DNA from: an uncultured archaeon
GTDB taxonomy: Archaea > Thermoproteota > Bathyarchaeia > Bathyarchaeales > Bathycorpusculaceae
Direction of reading: 5' to 3'
NCBI GenBank assembly: GCA_963810275.1
Contig: CAWENF010000010.1
Coordinates: forward strand, 1-64,000
Length of the DNA stretch: 64,000 nt
In this document: in pieces, positions 29,405 through 40,321 of the stretch
Position numbering within the stretch: position 1 is the stretch's first letter
Layout: each line of letters starts with the position of its first letter
Position numbers and translations under genes: made by a program
Notes under the pieces: model-generated
What the model was told of the DNA's origin: nothing
What the model saw: only the letters and a program-made list of their open reading frames with translations
Database searches by the model: none

Positions 29405-30175
29405 ATGCTATTGAGGCGAGAAAAAATGAGCGTAACCATGTATGACACCATTTTTAAAAGAAAGTCTATTAGAAATTATGATCCGGCACCTCTTGATTCC
29501 ACTCTACTTGAAGAGATTTTAAAGAATCTCAACTCCTTAAAACCTATGTTGAATGAAATTAAGACAGAGTTTAAGATAATAACCCCCGAACAAGTTTCTA
29601 AAAAATTCAACAACAAAGCGCCCCATTTTATTGCAGCATTCGCAGAAACCAAGAACGCGTCCAAAGTTAACGTCGGTTTTATGCTTCAACAAATGGATCT
29701 TTATTTTTCATCAAACGGGTTAGGCAGTTGCTGGTTAGGCCTTCCTCAACCAACAAGAGAGGTAATTGAATCTTCAAATCTTGAATTCATAATTTTGATG
29801 TCATTTGGCAAATCAAAGGAAAATCTACACAGGACAAATATTTCGGAATTTAAGAGAAAAATACTTTCAGAAATAACAGACATTAAGGGTGAGGAAGAAT
29901 TGTTGGAACCAGTTCGGCTTGCTCCGTCAGCAGTGAATATGCAAAATTGGTATTTTACAGGTGATCAAACTGCAGTTCATGCTTATTCTGCCAAGCCAAA
30001 TTTTTTTAGAAGTATTGTCGGTGGGAGTTTTTATCCTGTTAACATGGGTATTGCTCTTTGCCATTTGCAGCTTGCAGCGGAACATCTTGGCAGAAAGACT
30101 AAATTAATAATTGATAGTTCAAGGGATAAGAATCCGCCTAAGAATAGAGAGTATGTTGCCACTTTAGAGATGTAA
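29405..30175 (+). CDS. Nitroreductase family protein (two-domain)
   Basis: RKSIRNY, GLGSCWLG, APSAVNMQNW. Confidence 0.85.
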   Translation: MLLRREKMSVTMYDTIFKRKSIRNYDPAPLDSTLLEEILKNLNSLKPMLNEIKTEFKIITPEQVSKKFNNKAPHFIAAFAETKNASKVNVGFMLQQMDLYFSSNGLGSCWLGLPQPTREVIESSNLEFIILMSFGKSKENLHRTNISEFKRKILSEITDIKGEEELLEPVRLAPSAVNMQNWYFTGDQTAVHAYSAKPNFFRSIVGGSFYPVNMGIALCHLQLAAEHLGRKTKLIIDSSRDKNPPKNREYVATLEM

Positions 30176-30469
30176 GTATTCAATCAAAGGTAAATTCTGC
30201 CAGGATCATTCCTTTTTTAAACGATAAAAGACTGAAAATTAAAAACAAACCTGCTTGCAGTCTTCACATAAAGATTTTTTCGAACACACAGGATAGTTTG
30301 GATATTATCCAAGCTATAGTAGAAAGAATGATCGAGAAAACAAAAGCCGAAATTACTTAAACTGGTCATCCTTTTGCATCCCCCAAAAATATTCTTTTTC
30401 TTATTCTAGTTAGCGGTTTTTCCGATATCTACTAAAAAAATATTTAATATTTGACAATAACAAGGAAGG

Positions 30470-31411
30470 GTGTTTGAGGCAACTTGGATGGCTTTCAGCG
30501 AAAAATTCCTATTGAACCCAACTTCGCCATTTAATTTTGATTTAACGTGCGACATCTTTGCTGACGGAGACCCACAAATTCGATGTTTTCGCGACCACAA
30601 ATTCCGCACAACACTGCACACCAATAATGGCCTAGTTTTAGCCGACATATCCTCAAACGGTACAGTCGAAGCTCCAAAGCTGACGGTGGAAATCACTAGC
30701 GCCAAACCGCTCACCAAAAAAGCGGTCTCGGAAGCCAAAGAAGCAATAATATACGTTTTCAACATCAACTTCCCACTAAAAGAGTTCCACAACGAAATCC
30801 AAAGCGACACTATTATGACCAAAATCGCCACGCAACTCTATGGACTCAAAAACCCAACCACACCCACAGTGTTTGAGGCACTTATAAATTCGATTGTGGA
30901 GCAACAGATCAGCATCAAAGTTGCCCGCATCATAGAGGAGCGACTATGCCGAAAGTTCGGCGACCAAATAACCATAAATGAAACAACATACTACGCCTAC
31001 CCATCCCCACAAAACATTATCTCAGCGACCGTCGAAACCCTTAAAGAATGTGGTCTGAGCCAGCGCAAAGCTGAATACATCTATGGAGCTGCGGAACTAA
31101 TAGACTCGGGTAAGCTGGATTTGGAAAGTATGAAAAACCAGTCAGACCCAGAAGCCATAATCCGTGAACTGGACGAAATCAAGGGTATCGGAATCTGGAC
31201 TGCGGAGTTAACGATGCTACGGGGTATGCAGCGGTTGGATGCACTACCAGCGGATGATTTTGGTATTCAACGCGTGATTTCCACGTACTACTCCGGGGGG
31301 GTTAGGATTAAAGCGACAGAGGTTCGCGAAATTGCCAAAGCTTGGGGCAGATTTAGCGGGTTAGCAGCATTTTACCTTATCATAGCCGAAGTTAAGGGTA
31401 TCAAAATTTAA
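30470..31411 (+). CDS. alkA: DNA-3-methyladenine glycosylase II
   Basis: FEALINSIVEQQIS, HhH IKGIGIWTAE, PADD. Confidence 0.88.
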   Translation: MFEATWMAFSEKFLLNPTSPFNFDLTCDIFADGDPQIRCFRDHKFRTTLHTNNGLVLADISSNGTVEAPKLTVEITSAKPLTKKAVSEAKEAIIYVFNINFPLKEFHNEIQSDTIMTKIATQLYGLKNPTTPTVFEALINSIVEQQISIKVARIIEERLCRKFGDQITINETTYYAYPSPQNIISATVETLKECGLSQRKAEYIYGAAELIDSGKLDLESMKNQSDPEAIIRELDEIKGIGIWTAELTMLRGMQRLDALPADDFGIQRVISTYYSGGVRIKATEVREIAKAWGRFSGLAAFYLIIAEVKGIKI

Positions 31412-32259
31412 CCCGTTAACCGCTTCTTCATCAGGTTAATGGCTAAGATAAAGAACAGCGTTGTAACAACTGAAAGCCAAACCAAACTAACAGCAATCAA
31501 AGCTCCCGAGTCTAAACCCAACATCGGCGCCACAGTTCCCGTGATTGCACCCCTTGTCAAATTCACAACCTGCGTTAAGGGTAAAACAATCAAAGCCAAA
31601 CCCTGAACAGCGTCAGGCAGTGATGAGAGCGGGAAAAAAGTTCCAGATAGGAACAGCATTGGTGTTATGAACAGAAACGCAGGATAATTGAAGAAGTCAA
31701 TTGAAGGAGCTATAGCAGTAAAGCACATAGCGATGGACGAGAATAGTAAGCCGCCAAAAAACGCGATGAGCGGCACAAGCAGAAAAAGTGGCGAAGCAAT
31801 TATGGGCTCAGCTGTGAATAATCCTGCGACGCCGATCACAGCAAGAACTATCGTGGTATTTATGGTGGCACGTGTGGCACCCCACAACAGTTCACCCGCA
31901 ACAACCTCTTCCACGCTAACAGGGGTGGCAACAATAGCGTCAAAAGTCTTTTGGAAATACATGCGAACAAACGACGCAAAAGTGCACTCAAAAAACGAGC
32001 CATTCATAATAGCAATCGCCACCAACGCAGGCGCTATAAAGTTAACGTAGGGCATTCCCTGTATACTTGGTATAAAGCCGCCAAGTCCGAAGCCGAATGC
32101 TACCAAATATATGATGGGCTCCAAAAGCGAAGGTACAAAGTTGACTTGAATGGTTTTTAGGAACACGTCAACGTTTCGACGCCAGACTTTCCAGACGCGA
32201 TAACTGAGTCTGGGTATACTGAATTTGGCCGGCGACTTACGCAGGTGAACCTCAGTCAT
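31408..32259 (-). CDS. ABC-2 permease (NodJ-like)
   Basis: LLEPIIYL, GELLWG, PMLFLSGTFFP. Confidence 0.85.
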   Translation of the reverse strand: MTEVHLRKSPAKFSIPRLSYRVWKVWRRNVDVFLKTIQVNFVPSLLEPIIYLVAFGFGLGGFIPSIQGMPYVNFIAPALVAIAIMNGSFFECTFASFVRMYFQKTFDAIVATPVSVEEVVAGELLWGATRATINTTIVLAVIGVAGLFTAEPIIASPLFLLVPLIAFFGGLLFSSIAMCFTAIAPSIDFFNYPAFLFITPMLFLSGTFFPLSSLPDAVQGLALIVLPLTQVVNLTRGAITGTVAPMLGLDSGALIAVSLVWLSVVTTLFFILAINLMKKRLTG

Positions 32260-33182
32260 TCACCACGCAACCCCCGCCCAGTTAATTTGAGAAAAACATC
32301 TTCAATATTAGCATGTCTTATTGTGACATTTTGCAGTTTATGCGCCATCAAAAAATTTTCAAACGCACCATGCGGCTGGTCCGTGAAAACCTGCATGCGA
32401 TCGCCCACCTTCTCGAGCCTTGCATCGGGAAAAGCCGCCTTGATTTCAGGTAGAATTATTTCGTCGTAGTCAGCTTCAAGCACTTCTTTCCCCACATGGC
32501 GCCTAATGAGTTCGGTTGGTGTACCCTGTTCGATTATTTTACCTTGATCCACTATGAGTATTCGATCGCAAAGAATTTCAGCTTCATCCATGTAGTGAGT
32601 TGTTAAGATGATAGTAACTCCTTGTTTTTTGAGATGCCTCACTTCATCCCACACCAGATGCCTCGCCTGAGGATCAAGACCAACCGTAGGTTCATCCAAA
32701 AGCAAAATCGGTGGTTTATTAATCAAGGCACGAGCAAAGATAAGTCTGCGCTTCATGCCTGTGGAAAGCGCCATTATAGGAACATCACGTTTTTCTTCCA
32801 ACTGAAAAAACCGAAGTTGCTCCTCCGCTCGCCTGTAAGCTTCATCTTTTGGAATGTCAAAATATCGAGAGTAGACTGTAAGATTTTTTATTACCGAAAA
32901 GTCAGGGTCAAGATTGTCTTCCTGAGGTGCAACACCCACCATAGCTTTGATTTCTCGGCAGTTTGTTGTCACGCTTTTGCCTCCGAGCGTAAGTTCTCCT
33001 GATGTAGGAAGCAAAAAACAGTACATCATACGAACAGTGGTTGTTTTTCCTGCCCCGTTAGGCCCAAGAAAGCCAACACATTCTCCGCGGTACACTTCAA
33101 AGTCTATGTTGTCAACCGCTGTAAAGTTTTCGAATTTCTTAGTGAGCGCCTTTGCTTTGATCAGCACCTCTTTGGAACTCAT
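32256..33182 (-). CDS. ABC-2 ATP-binding protein (NodI-like)
   Basis: GPNGAGKTT, LDEPTVGLDPQARH, TTHYMDEA. Confidence 0.9.
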   Translation of the reverse strand: MSSKEVLIKAKALTKKFENFTAVDNIDFEVYRGECVGFLGPNGAGKTTTVRMMYCFLLPTSGELTLGGKSVTTNCREIKAMVGVAPQEDNLDPDFSVIKNLTVYSRYFDIPKDEAYRRAEEQLRFFQLEEKRDVPIMALSTGMKRRLIFARALINKPPILLLDEPTVGLDPQARHLVWDEVRHLKKQGVTIILTTHYMDEAEILCDRILIVDQGKIIEQGTPTELIRRHVGKEVLEADYDEIILPEIKAAFPDARLEKVGDRMQVFTDQPHGAFENFLMAHKLQNVTIRHANIEDVFLKLTGRGLRGE

Positions 33183-33844
33183 GAGTAATCAACAAAAAAT
33201 GTCAGAGTGGCGCATAAAAAGTTGCTGTCACTATTTTCCCAAAAGAAACTAGGTAACTATAACAATTGAGGCTTGTTTTCAAATTCACAAAGAGACTTTA
33301 TTGCATTGGAAGCAGCACCCAACAAATTGATAACAACAGGTTACCTAATCAACATATCAACTCATTCGAATCCTCGCATATCTCACAAAGATTCCGGATA
33401 AATACTTTAAAATTTTCTTATTAAGTTCATAGCAAACAAAAATCCAAACTCCAACATACCCCCACACACTTTTCCACACATCTCAACATACTTTCAACAT
33501 AGGCAGTGTGGGCAAAAACCACTCCCCACACTAAAACACAACCAGATTAACAACCCAAAACAAAAAACAAGCTTAAACCAAACCCCAGAGTGTGGTGTGA
33601 ATCTTCGCGGGCTCCACACCCACACAAAAAGAAAATCCGCATGTTTAAGAACCAACGGTTATCGTACAGCAGCTTATAGTATTTTTGGAACGCTAAGTTG
33701 TTGCCTACATGCAGTCACAACATTATTTATTTTTGTATAGCTCTCAATGATAACAAGTGGCTGTATCGGTGATATACCCATAATGCTGGAAGCAAATCAC
33801 CGGTTAAGCATAAAACAAGCGTTTACAAATTCGGAGATGAAAAT

Positions 33845-34195
33845 ATGGAGTTTTGTAGAGAATGCGGTTCCCGTCTAAAACCAGTTAAAGTAAACAGTGG
33901 AAACCAAGCTATGATTATGTTAGCTTGCCTGAAATGCGGGCACAAAACAGATGAAGTCGAACCTAACGCTAAATTCAACGAAAAATACATAATACATGAC
34001 CCCAAACAATTCGTTGCTGTCATAGGCAAGGAAGAGCAGCAGCTAACCACTATGCCCACAATTAGGTGGGAGTGCCCCAGCTGTGGCAATAACACCGCCA
34101 ACGTCTGGCAGGTACAGACACGGGGTTCAGACGAATCATCCACACAATTCATGCGTTGTTTACGTTGTGGTTTCACTTTTAGAGAAAACACATAA
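33845..34195 (+). CDS. tfs: Transcription factor S (TFS/RpoM)
   Basis: MEFCRECG, C-terminal CPSCG...QTRGSDE...C..CG. Confidence 0.9.
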   Translation: MEFCRECGSRLKPVKVNSGNQAMIMLACLKCGHKTDEVEPNAKFNEKYIIHDPKQFVAVIGKEEQQLTTMPTIRWECPSCGNNTANVWQVQTRGSDESSTQFMRCLRCGFTFRENT

Positions 34196-34272
34196 TATTT
34201 TTTCTAATGTTGCCATTCTGAAATAATTAAAGAGGAAAATAACGATAAGTAAATTCGTTACCTTTTATGTCT

Positions 34273-34600
34273 ATGGCTTTAGATCCAGTTGGCAACATTA
34301 TTCTTTCCCTCTAAACCATCAGCCTATTTCTTTTGATCATAGGTTTGCCTATCCTCAAGAAAAATCCAAACAAAAAAACTGGTTCTTTCATGGTTACTCG
34401 ACAATTGCGGTGTTATTGCTGCATTCGATGCTTATTTTCCTGATTATGGTTCCCTCTTTCTCAAAGGAAATTAGCAAACTAAATGAGTTGGGGTTACTTA
34501 GTTCTTTCAATGTTTGGCCTCATATAGTGCTGGCAACACTAGCTGAAAGTTGTCGGCATAATTACAGTAGCACTTTGTCTTGACAAAGGCCCTCAAAACA
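34273..34600 (+). pseudogene. Degraded membrane protein gene (DUF420-like)
   Basis: MALDPVGNIILSL*TISLFLLIIGLP.../HGYSTIAVLLLHSMLIFLIMVPSF...WPHIVLATLAE with an in-frame stop and frameshifts; end approximate. Confidence 0.55.
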
Positions 34601-34702
34601 ATCGTGTGTAAAATACAAAAAAAGTCATGATACCTCTATTTATAATCTGGATAATTTTAATATTAAATGGCGCGATAATCCACATTTTAGGTCTGCTATA
34701 AG

Positions 34703-36697
34703 ATGGAACATAAAAGCACGAATATGGAAGGCATGCACCATAAGATGCCTATGTCAACCCATAGCATGCACACTAAATCTTTGAAAAACCGCTTCTGGGT
34801 CTGCCTTGCTCTCACGGCACCTGTACTAATTTTTTCTCAAACCATCCAGACCTGGTTCAACTACAATTTGACCTTCCCCTACCAGCAATTTGTGCTTCTA
34901 TCTCTAGCCACAGTCATCTACATTTACGGCGGCTGGCCATTTCTAACAGGACTTGTTGGAGAGATAAAGCAGCGGCAGCCGGGCATGATGACACTCATAG
35001 CAACGGCAATATCTGTCGCCTTCTTTTTCTCAGGCGCAACCGTTTTCGCTCCAATTGGCACTGACTTTTTCTGGGAACTTGCTACGCTTATTGACGTGAT
35101 GCTTTTGGGACACTGGGTTGAAGCCCGAAGCATCATGGGTGCATCTCGGGCGCTTGAGGAGTTGGTCAAAGTCATGCCCACCACAGCCCACGTAATTATG
35201 GAAGACCACATTATGGATATGCCAACTGAGCAGCTCCATCCCGGCAACATAGTTTTGGTGCGTCCTGGAGAAAAAATCCCGTCCGATGGCATTGTAACCG
35301 AAGGTGAATCAACCGTTAACGAGGCCCTGCTCACAGGTGAATCCAGCCCAGTTCCCAAGCAAGCTAAGGACAAGGTCATAGGTGGCTCAATAAACGGTGA
35401 AGGCGCCTTACGCGTAAGGATTGAGAAAGCAGGCAAAGACACATTCATATCTCAAGTTATGAGTCTGGTACAGAAAGCGCAGCAAACTAAATCCCATACA
35501 CAAGATCTCGCAAACAGAGCGGCTGCGCTACTTTTTTACATTGCCATCACCGCTGGCGTAGCAACCTTTGTTGTTTGGGCGGTTCTTGGCACCACTCAGT
35601 TTGCTCTGACGCGGACGGTAACAGTTCTAGTGATTGCCTGTCCTCATGCTTTGGGGTTAGCGATTCCGCTTGTAGTTGCGCTATCTACCTCGTTGACGGC
35701 TAACCGGGGAATTCTAATTCGAAATCGAAAGGCCTTTGAGCAAGCCAGAAACGTGGACGCAGTGGTTTTTGATAAGACGGGTACGTTGACATTGGGGCAG
35801 TTCGGCGTCACCGACATTTATGCAGAAGGAAGCAAAGAGGAGTTGCTGGGGCTTACAGCAGCCGTAGAGCAAAACTCCGAGCATGTAATCGCCAAAGCCA
35901 TAGTCGAATACTCTAAAAATAAAGGCATATCGATTCCTAAAAGCAACAATTTTCAGGGTATTCCAGGTAAAGGCGCAAAAGCAACTGTCGCGGGCAAGAC
36001 TGTTCAGATAGGCAACAGAAGCCTGTTATCTGATCTCAATATCGAAGTCTCCAAAAATATTATGTCACTAGAAAAAAATGGAAAAACAGTGGTTTACGCC
36101 GTGATCGAAGAGAAACTAGCTGGCGCTTTCGCTTTAGCGGATAAGGTTAGGGCTGAATCTTTGGAGGCTGTAGAGGGATTAAAAGCGATGGGTATCAAAG
36201 TCTTCATGTTAACAGGCGACTCAAAGAGTGTAGCTGAAGATGTCGCCTCAGAGTTAGGAATTGAGGGTGTGTTCGCAGAAGTTTTGCCTGACAAAAAAGC
36301 ACAAAAAATCTCGGAATTAAAAAAGCAAGGAATGCGTGTGGCAATGGTTGGCGACGGCATAAACGATGCTCCAGCGTTAGCCACCGCCGATGTAGGAATA
36401 GCGATTGGAGCAGGAACAGATGTAGCGATGGAGAGCGCTGACATAATCTTAGTCAAAAACAACCCAAAAGACGCAGCAGCCGCCATCAATTATTCTAAAC
36501 GAACCTACTCAAAAATGGTCCAGAACCTCTGGTGGGCTGCAGGCTACAACATTTTTGCTATTCCTCTAGCGGCAGGTGTCTTTGCCGGGGTAGGCATTGT
36601 AATCGACCCCGCAATCGGGGCAATCTTAATGTCTGCCAGCACAGTTATTGTCGCAATCAATAGCCAGACAATGCGCAGATATAAACCGGAAAGTTGA
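34703..36697 (+). CDS. copB: Copper-exporting P1B-type ATPase (CPH motif)
   Basis: His/Met-rich N-terminus, [25 protein letters not shown] and MSAS motifs. Confidence 0.9.
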   Translation: MEHKSTNMEGMHHKMPMSTHSMHTKSLKNRFWVCLALTAPVLIFSQTIQTWFNYNLTFPYQQFVLLSLATVIYIYGGWPFLTGLVGEIKQRQPGMMTLIATAISVAFFFSGATVFAPIGTDFFWELATLIDVMLLGHWVEARSIMGASRALEELVKVMPTTAHVIMEDHIMDMPTEQLHPGNIVLVRPGEKIPSDGIVTEGESTVNEALLTGESSPVPKQAKDKVIGGSINGEGALRVRIEKAGKDTFISQVMSLVQKAQQTKSHTQDLANRAAALLFYIAITAGVATFVVWAVLGTTQFALTRTVTVLVIACPHALGLAIPLVVALSTSLTANRGILIRNRKAFEQARNVDAVVFDKTGTLTLGQFGVTDIYAEGSKEELLGLTAAVEQNSEHVIAKAIVEYSKNKGISIPKSNNFQGIPGKGAKATVAGKTVQIGNRSLLSDLNIEVSKNIMSLEKNGKTVVYAVIEEKLAGAFALADKVRAESLEAVEGLKAMGIKVFMLTGDSKSVAEDVASELGIEGVFAEVLPDKKAQKISELKKQGMRVAMVGDGINDAPALATADVGIAIGAGTDVAMESADIILVKNNPKDAAAAINYSKRTYSKMVQNLWWAAGYNIFAIPLAAGVFAGVGIVIDPAIGAILMSASTVIVAINSQTMRRYKPES

Positions 36698-36770
36698 GCT
36701 AAACGAAGTATAAGCGATTGACGAATCGTTTATAAAATGTGACATAAGCTATTTTCTATGTGATTTTACT

Positions 36771-38090
36771 ATGCAAAAAAAATTTTTCTACTTATTGCCG
36801 CTTTCTTTGCTGATTTTTATGCTTGCTCCTTTTTTTGTTGGTTTTGAACCCGTAAAAGCACAAAGTACGTTCGGTTCAGGTGTTAATGTTGTGAACACCG
36901 GGGATTGGTGGCAAATGAACACTTCAAAAGTCACAGTTCTTTTTCCTCAAGATGGACAGAAACCCATGTTTCTTTGGTACTATAACAACAATTCTCAAGA
37001 TATCTATAGTGTAAAATATCGTGGGCTAATAGAATATCTTCCCTTAGATGGCTATTATACACCTGACTGCGAAGCTAATCCGCAGACAATGCAATCTCTA
37101 ATGCTTTCACATTATGGTATGGGTGGAGGCATGCACATGAACCAAATTAGAGGCGACATTAACACTGCATACCAAAACTGGCAATCAGACTTCCACCCTT
37201 CCTATTTACCTTTTAGCGCTTGCAGTTGGCAACTAGATGGTCCAAACCAAGGCATAGATGCAGACGGTAACAGCTATGTTTCATTCAATTTAACGCTTAA
37301 CGGAGCTCCTTCGGAGTTTGGATTTGCTCAAAACAACGTTAGCTTCAACTGTTGGCTATATGAAAACCAAACCATTCAGAATCCCTACGGAAATTACATG
37401 TATAATCTTGGCGCAGGAGAATTAGCAATGGATTTTTCTATAGATAACTGGCAATGGAACAGCAACTATATGACAAACTTCTTTGGCTCTATGCATCATA
37501 ACTATGGCCTAACTGTTCCAGAACAAACCGATAGCTTAACTTTATGGTGCGACTTTGCAACAATAAAAATGCAAGACTTAACCATTGCCTTAAATGATGC
37601 AAATAAACCAGAAACAAGTGTTCCTGCTAACAGCACTCTTGCCCCACCTGGACTGATTGAGGGAAACTCCATCATGACAGATATAATTGCAGGAGGACAC
37701 CAGATTCACATGCAAAACATGGCGCAATCTACTGCGTCTCCTCTGGGAATCCCTTCGGGACAACAGGAGACTTACCGGATGCAGTTTGCACAAGGCGACA
37801 AGACCCTGCCTGGATACGTTAACTTCGCAAACAACGTCGCATCCATAGACAAAACAACTGGTGCAGTCTCGATGCAGAATGTCTCCGCCAGCTACAGAAC
37901 GACTGATAATTATATGCAACTCTACATCTGCTACCCATATTTTGGCGATAGCCTCTTAGTACATGACCCTTCAGTAGGCATCGATACCACAGCTCAGTTG
38001 ATTCCTGAAAACCTATCCTTATTCGCTATTGCAGTTGCGTTAACCGCAGTAGCGCTTATGCTGGCAGTAGTTAAGCGCAAAAGAACCTAA
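36771..38090 (+). CDS. Secreted Met/His-rich protein with PEF-CTERM-like anchor
   Basis: Signal peptide; YPYF...HDPSVG; IPE-TM-KRKR tail. Confidence 0.75.
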   Translation: MQKKFFYLLPLSLLIFMLAPFFVGFEPVKAQSTFGSGVNVVNTGDWWQMNTSKVTVLFPQDGQKPMFLWYYNNNSQDIYSVKYRGLIEYLPLDGYYTPDCEANPQTMQSLMLSHYGMGGGMHMNQIRGDINTAYQNWQSDFHPSYLPFSACSWQLDGPNQGIDADGNSYVSFNLTLNGAPSEFGFAQNNVSFNCWLYENQTIQNPYGNYMYNLGAGELAMDFSIDNWQWNSNYMTNFFGSMHHNYGLTVPEQTDSLTLWCDFATIKMQDLTIALNDANKPETSVPANSTLAPPGLIEGNSIMTDIIAGGHQIHMQNMAQSTASPLGIPSGQQETYRMQFAQGDKTLPGYVNFANNVASIDKTTGAVSMQNVSASYRTTDNYMQLYICYPYFGDSLLVHDPSVGIDTTAQLIPENLSLFAIAVALTAVALMLAVVKRKRT

Positions 38091-38120
38091 TCCAACCTTT
38101 TTCTTTTTTTAACTGAAGGG

Positions 38121-39221
38121 TTAAATCGGCGGCTTTAGAATTTTTTTCTCATTTAGCGTTTTAGTCCATTGCATGAACTCTTTTGATGGAGGCTGCAAAG
38201 AGTAAAGTTCTCTGCGTTTGGATTCTAAGAAGATGTTGTCTTTTCCCGCATACTCCGCTGCCGTCATCACAAGGTGACCCTTCTCTTCGGCTTTCTTAAA
38301 AACACCTACAAGCTTTTGGCGCCACAATTCATCCCGCAGGGTATGATGTTCCACAACTACCGTGGGCACTACCGTTACAATACGTTCAAGATTTAGAAGC
38401 GCCTGATAGATTTTGCGAACATCCACCCTTGTGCCCTCAAGGTAGGTCGGTGGACCACCCACCATGAGCAAGTCGGGTTTAGCCGCCAAAATCAACTCGG
38501 CTGTGTACATTGAGATTGGACCCTGCACGTCTGGGGCGAACATGAACTTCTCCTCACCCACAGTTATTGTGCACATGGTTACCCAGCCTAAATGGTAGTC
38601 GTCGCTGCCATGCGCGACCGCTTCCGAAAAAGACAACGCTGTGTCGCCGAATTTGAAGCTTTTACCATCTGCTGCCTCAAAAGATTCAGCATGTTTTGCT
38701 GTGGTTTTTTGAAACATCCATGCGCGCTGTCGTTGACTTGCATTGATGTTTTCTTTGGGGTTTTTTGCGAGCACCAATTTATCTCGGTAAATTTGTTTGG
38801 CTGTCTCGCTGCCCTCGGTCCAGTTTACGACCCAGTCCTCGAAGCTGGGCGTGTGGTGGTCATAGTGATAGTGGCTAATCGTGGTTACGGATGCTTTGTC
38901 CGCAGCTTCAGCAATGACATGGCGAAGACGGGCTATTGCTTGGAACTCAACGGGGTGTGGAGGCAGACTGAAGCGGTATGGGGCAAGCGCAACTCCAGCG
39001 TCAAGTAACACCGCCAAGTCAGGGGTTTCTACAAGTGTGCATAGCGAGCGGACACCAAGGCTTTCTGCGGCTAAAGGGGTAACTTTGATTTTCTGCAACG
39101 GGTTGTTTGGTTTTTCTTTTTCCGTCTGCAACGTATGCACCTTCATAAGGACTAACAAGAGGAGAATGTAAAATGAATTTTGCTTCTCATAAGCATCTCT
39201 ATTCTTAAATAGAGTGTTCAT
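38121..39221 (-). CDS. MBL-fold metallohydrolase (UPF0282-like); true start probably about 25-40 codons downstream
   Basis: PLAAESLGVRS, SHYHYDHH, PDVQGP, EHHTLRD. Confidence 0.85.
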   Translation of the reverse strand: MNTLFKNRDAYEKQNSFYILLLLVLMKVHTLQTEKEKPNNPLQKIKVTPLAAESLGVRSLCTLVETPDLAVLLDAGVALAPYRFSLPPHPVEFQAIARLRHVIAEAADKASVTTISHYHYDHHTPSFEDWVVNWTEGSETAKQIYRDKLVLAKNPKENINASQRQRAWMFQKTTAKHAESFEAADGKSFKFGDTALSFSEAVAHGSDDYHLGWVTMCTITVGEEKFMFAPDVQGPISMYTAELILAAKPDLLMVGGPPTYLEGTRVDVRKIYQALLNLERIVTVVPTVVVEHHTLRDELWRQKLVGVFKKAEEKGHLVMTAAEYAGKDNIFLESKRRELYSLQPPSKEFMQWTKTLNEKKILKPPI

Positions 39222-39242
39222 CTTCTTTTTAATTGGATAATC

Positions 39243-39686
39243 ATGTCAATCAAGCTACTTTTTGATGTCCCCCAAAACGACCCTCATAAACTCCAAAAAG
39301 AAGCAGCAGTCAAATTCTTAAGCTATATTGCTGCCGGAAACCCCAAAGGAGGATTAAAGTTTTTTTCTTCGGACTGCAAAACGCACAATCCCTTCACGCT
39401 TGGCGGCATGGAGGAAGTAACTAATGCAATGATTGCAGTACAAAAAAAGGGGTCTGCGGGGATTATAACTGGCTCAACAGCCGACTTTAAACTAAAAATC
39501 CACCAGGTCATAGCTGAAGTCGATTTAGTTGCTGTTTATACAGTTCTTTCAGGTGCTCAGCCTACTGACGGGGGCTTACGGCAAGTGCATCTGTTCCGTT
39601 TCAGCGGCGACAAAGTCATTGAGTACTGGGACATCACTCAAGTGGTTCCCGAAAATGCGCCGAATGTTGCCGCAGCTTTTACTTAA
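39243..39686 (+). CDS. SnoaL/NTF2-like protein
   Basis: THNP...HLFRF...KVIEYWD. Confidence 0.8.
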   Translation: MSIKLLFDVPQNDPHKLQKEAAVKFLSYIAAGNPKGGLKFFSSDCKTHNPFTLGGMEEVTNAMIAVQKKGSAGIITGSTADFKLKIHQVIAEVDLVAVYTVLSGAQPTDGGLRQVHLFRFSGDKVIEYWDITQVVPENAPNVAAAFT

Positions 39687-39754
39687 ACTCAAAGATGGGA
39701 TAAGTATAAAATTATGTGGTCCCACAGTTCTTTAGGTTATTTTGAGGCGTTAAC

Positions 39755-40315
39755 ATGAATAATAATGGCGAAAAGAATTTGGAAGTTGCCACTTTAGCAG
39801 CCGGCTGTTTCTGGTGCACCGAAGCGGCATATAGCATCATAAAAGGTGTGGAGCGGATTGAGCCGGGTTACACTGGCGGCAATGTTGAGAATCCGACTTA
39901 CGAGCAGGTTTCGTCTGGCAAAACGGGGCATGCTGAGGCGGCGCAAATTCACTTCGACCCCAAAATCATTGATTTGCGAACGATTCTGGAAGTGTTTTTT
40001 ACGATGCATGATCCAACTTCGCTTAACAGGCAAGGCGCAGATGTAGGCACCCAGTACCGTAGCGCCATCTTCTACAATTCAGTCGAGCAGAAGAAAACTG
40101 CTGAGGACTTAATCGCCGAGTTGAACCGCGAAGGCATCTGGAACCGTCCCATAGTCACAGAGGTCGTGCCCCTCACAAAATTCTATCCTGCTGAAACCTA
40201 CCACAAAGACTACTACAAACTGCACCCAAAAGAACCCTACTGCCAAGCTGTCATAGCACCCAAAATCGCCAAGCTGCAGGCGCGTTTTATAGACAAAATA
40301 AAAGTGCCCCTATAA
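39755..40315 (+). CDS. msrA: Peptide methionine sulfoxide reductase A
   Basis: GCFWC, HDPT..NRQGADVGTQYRS, AETYH. Confidence 0.95.
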   Translation: MNNNGEKNLEVATLAAGCFWCTEAAYSIIKGVERIEPGYTGGNVENPTYEQVSSGKTGHAEAAQIHFDPKIIDLRTILEVFFTMHDPTSLNRQGADVGTQYRSAIFYNSVEQKKTAEDLIAELNREGIWNRPIVTEVVPLTKFYPAETYHKDYYKLHPKEPYCQAVIAPKIAKLQARFIDKIKVPL

Positions 40316-40321
40316 CTGGGT

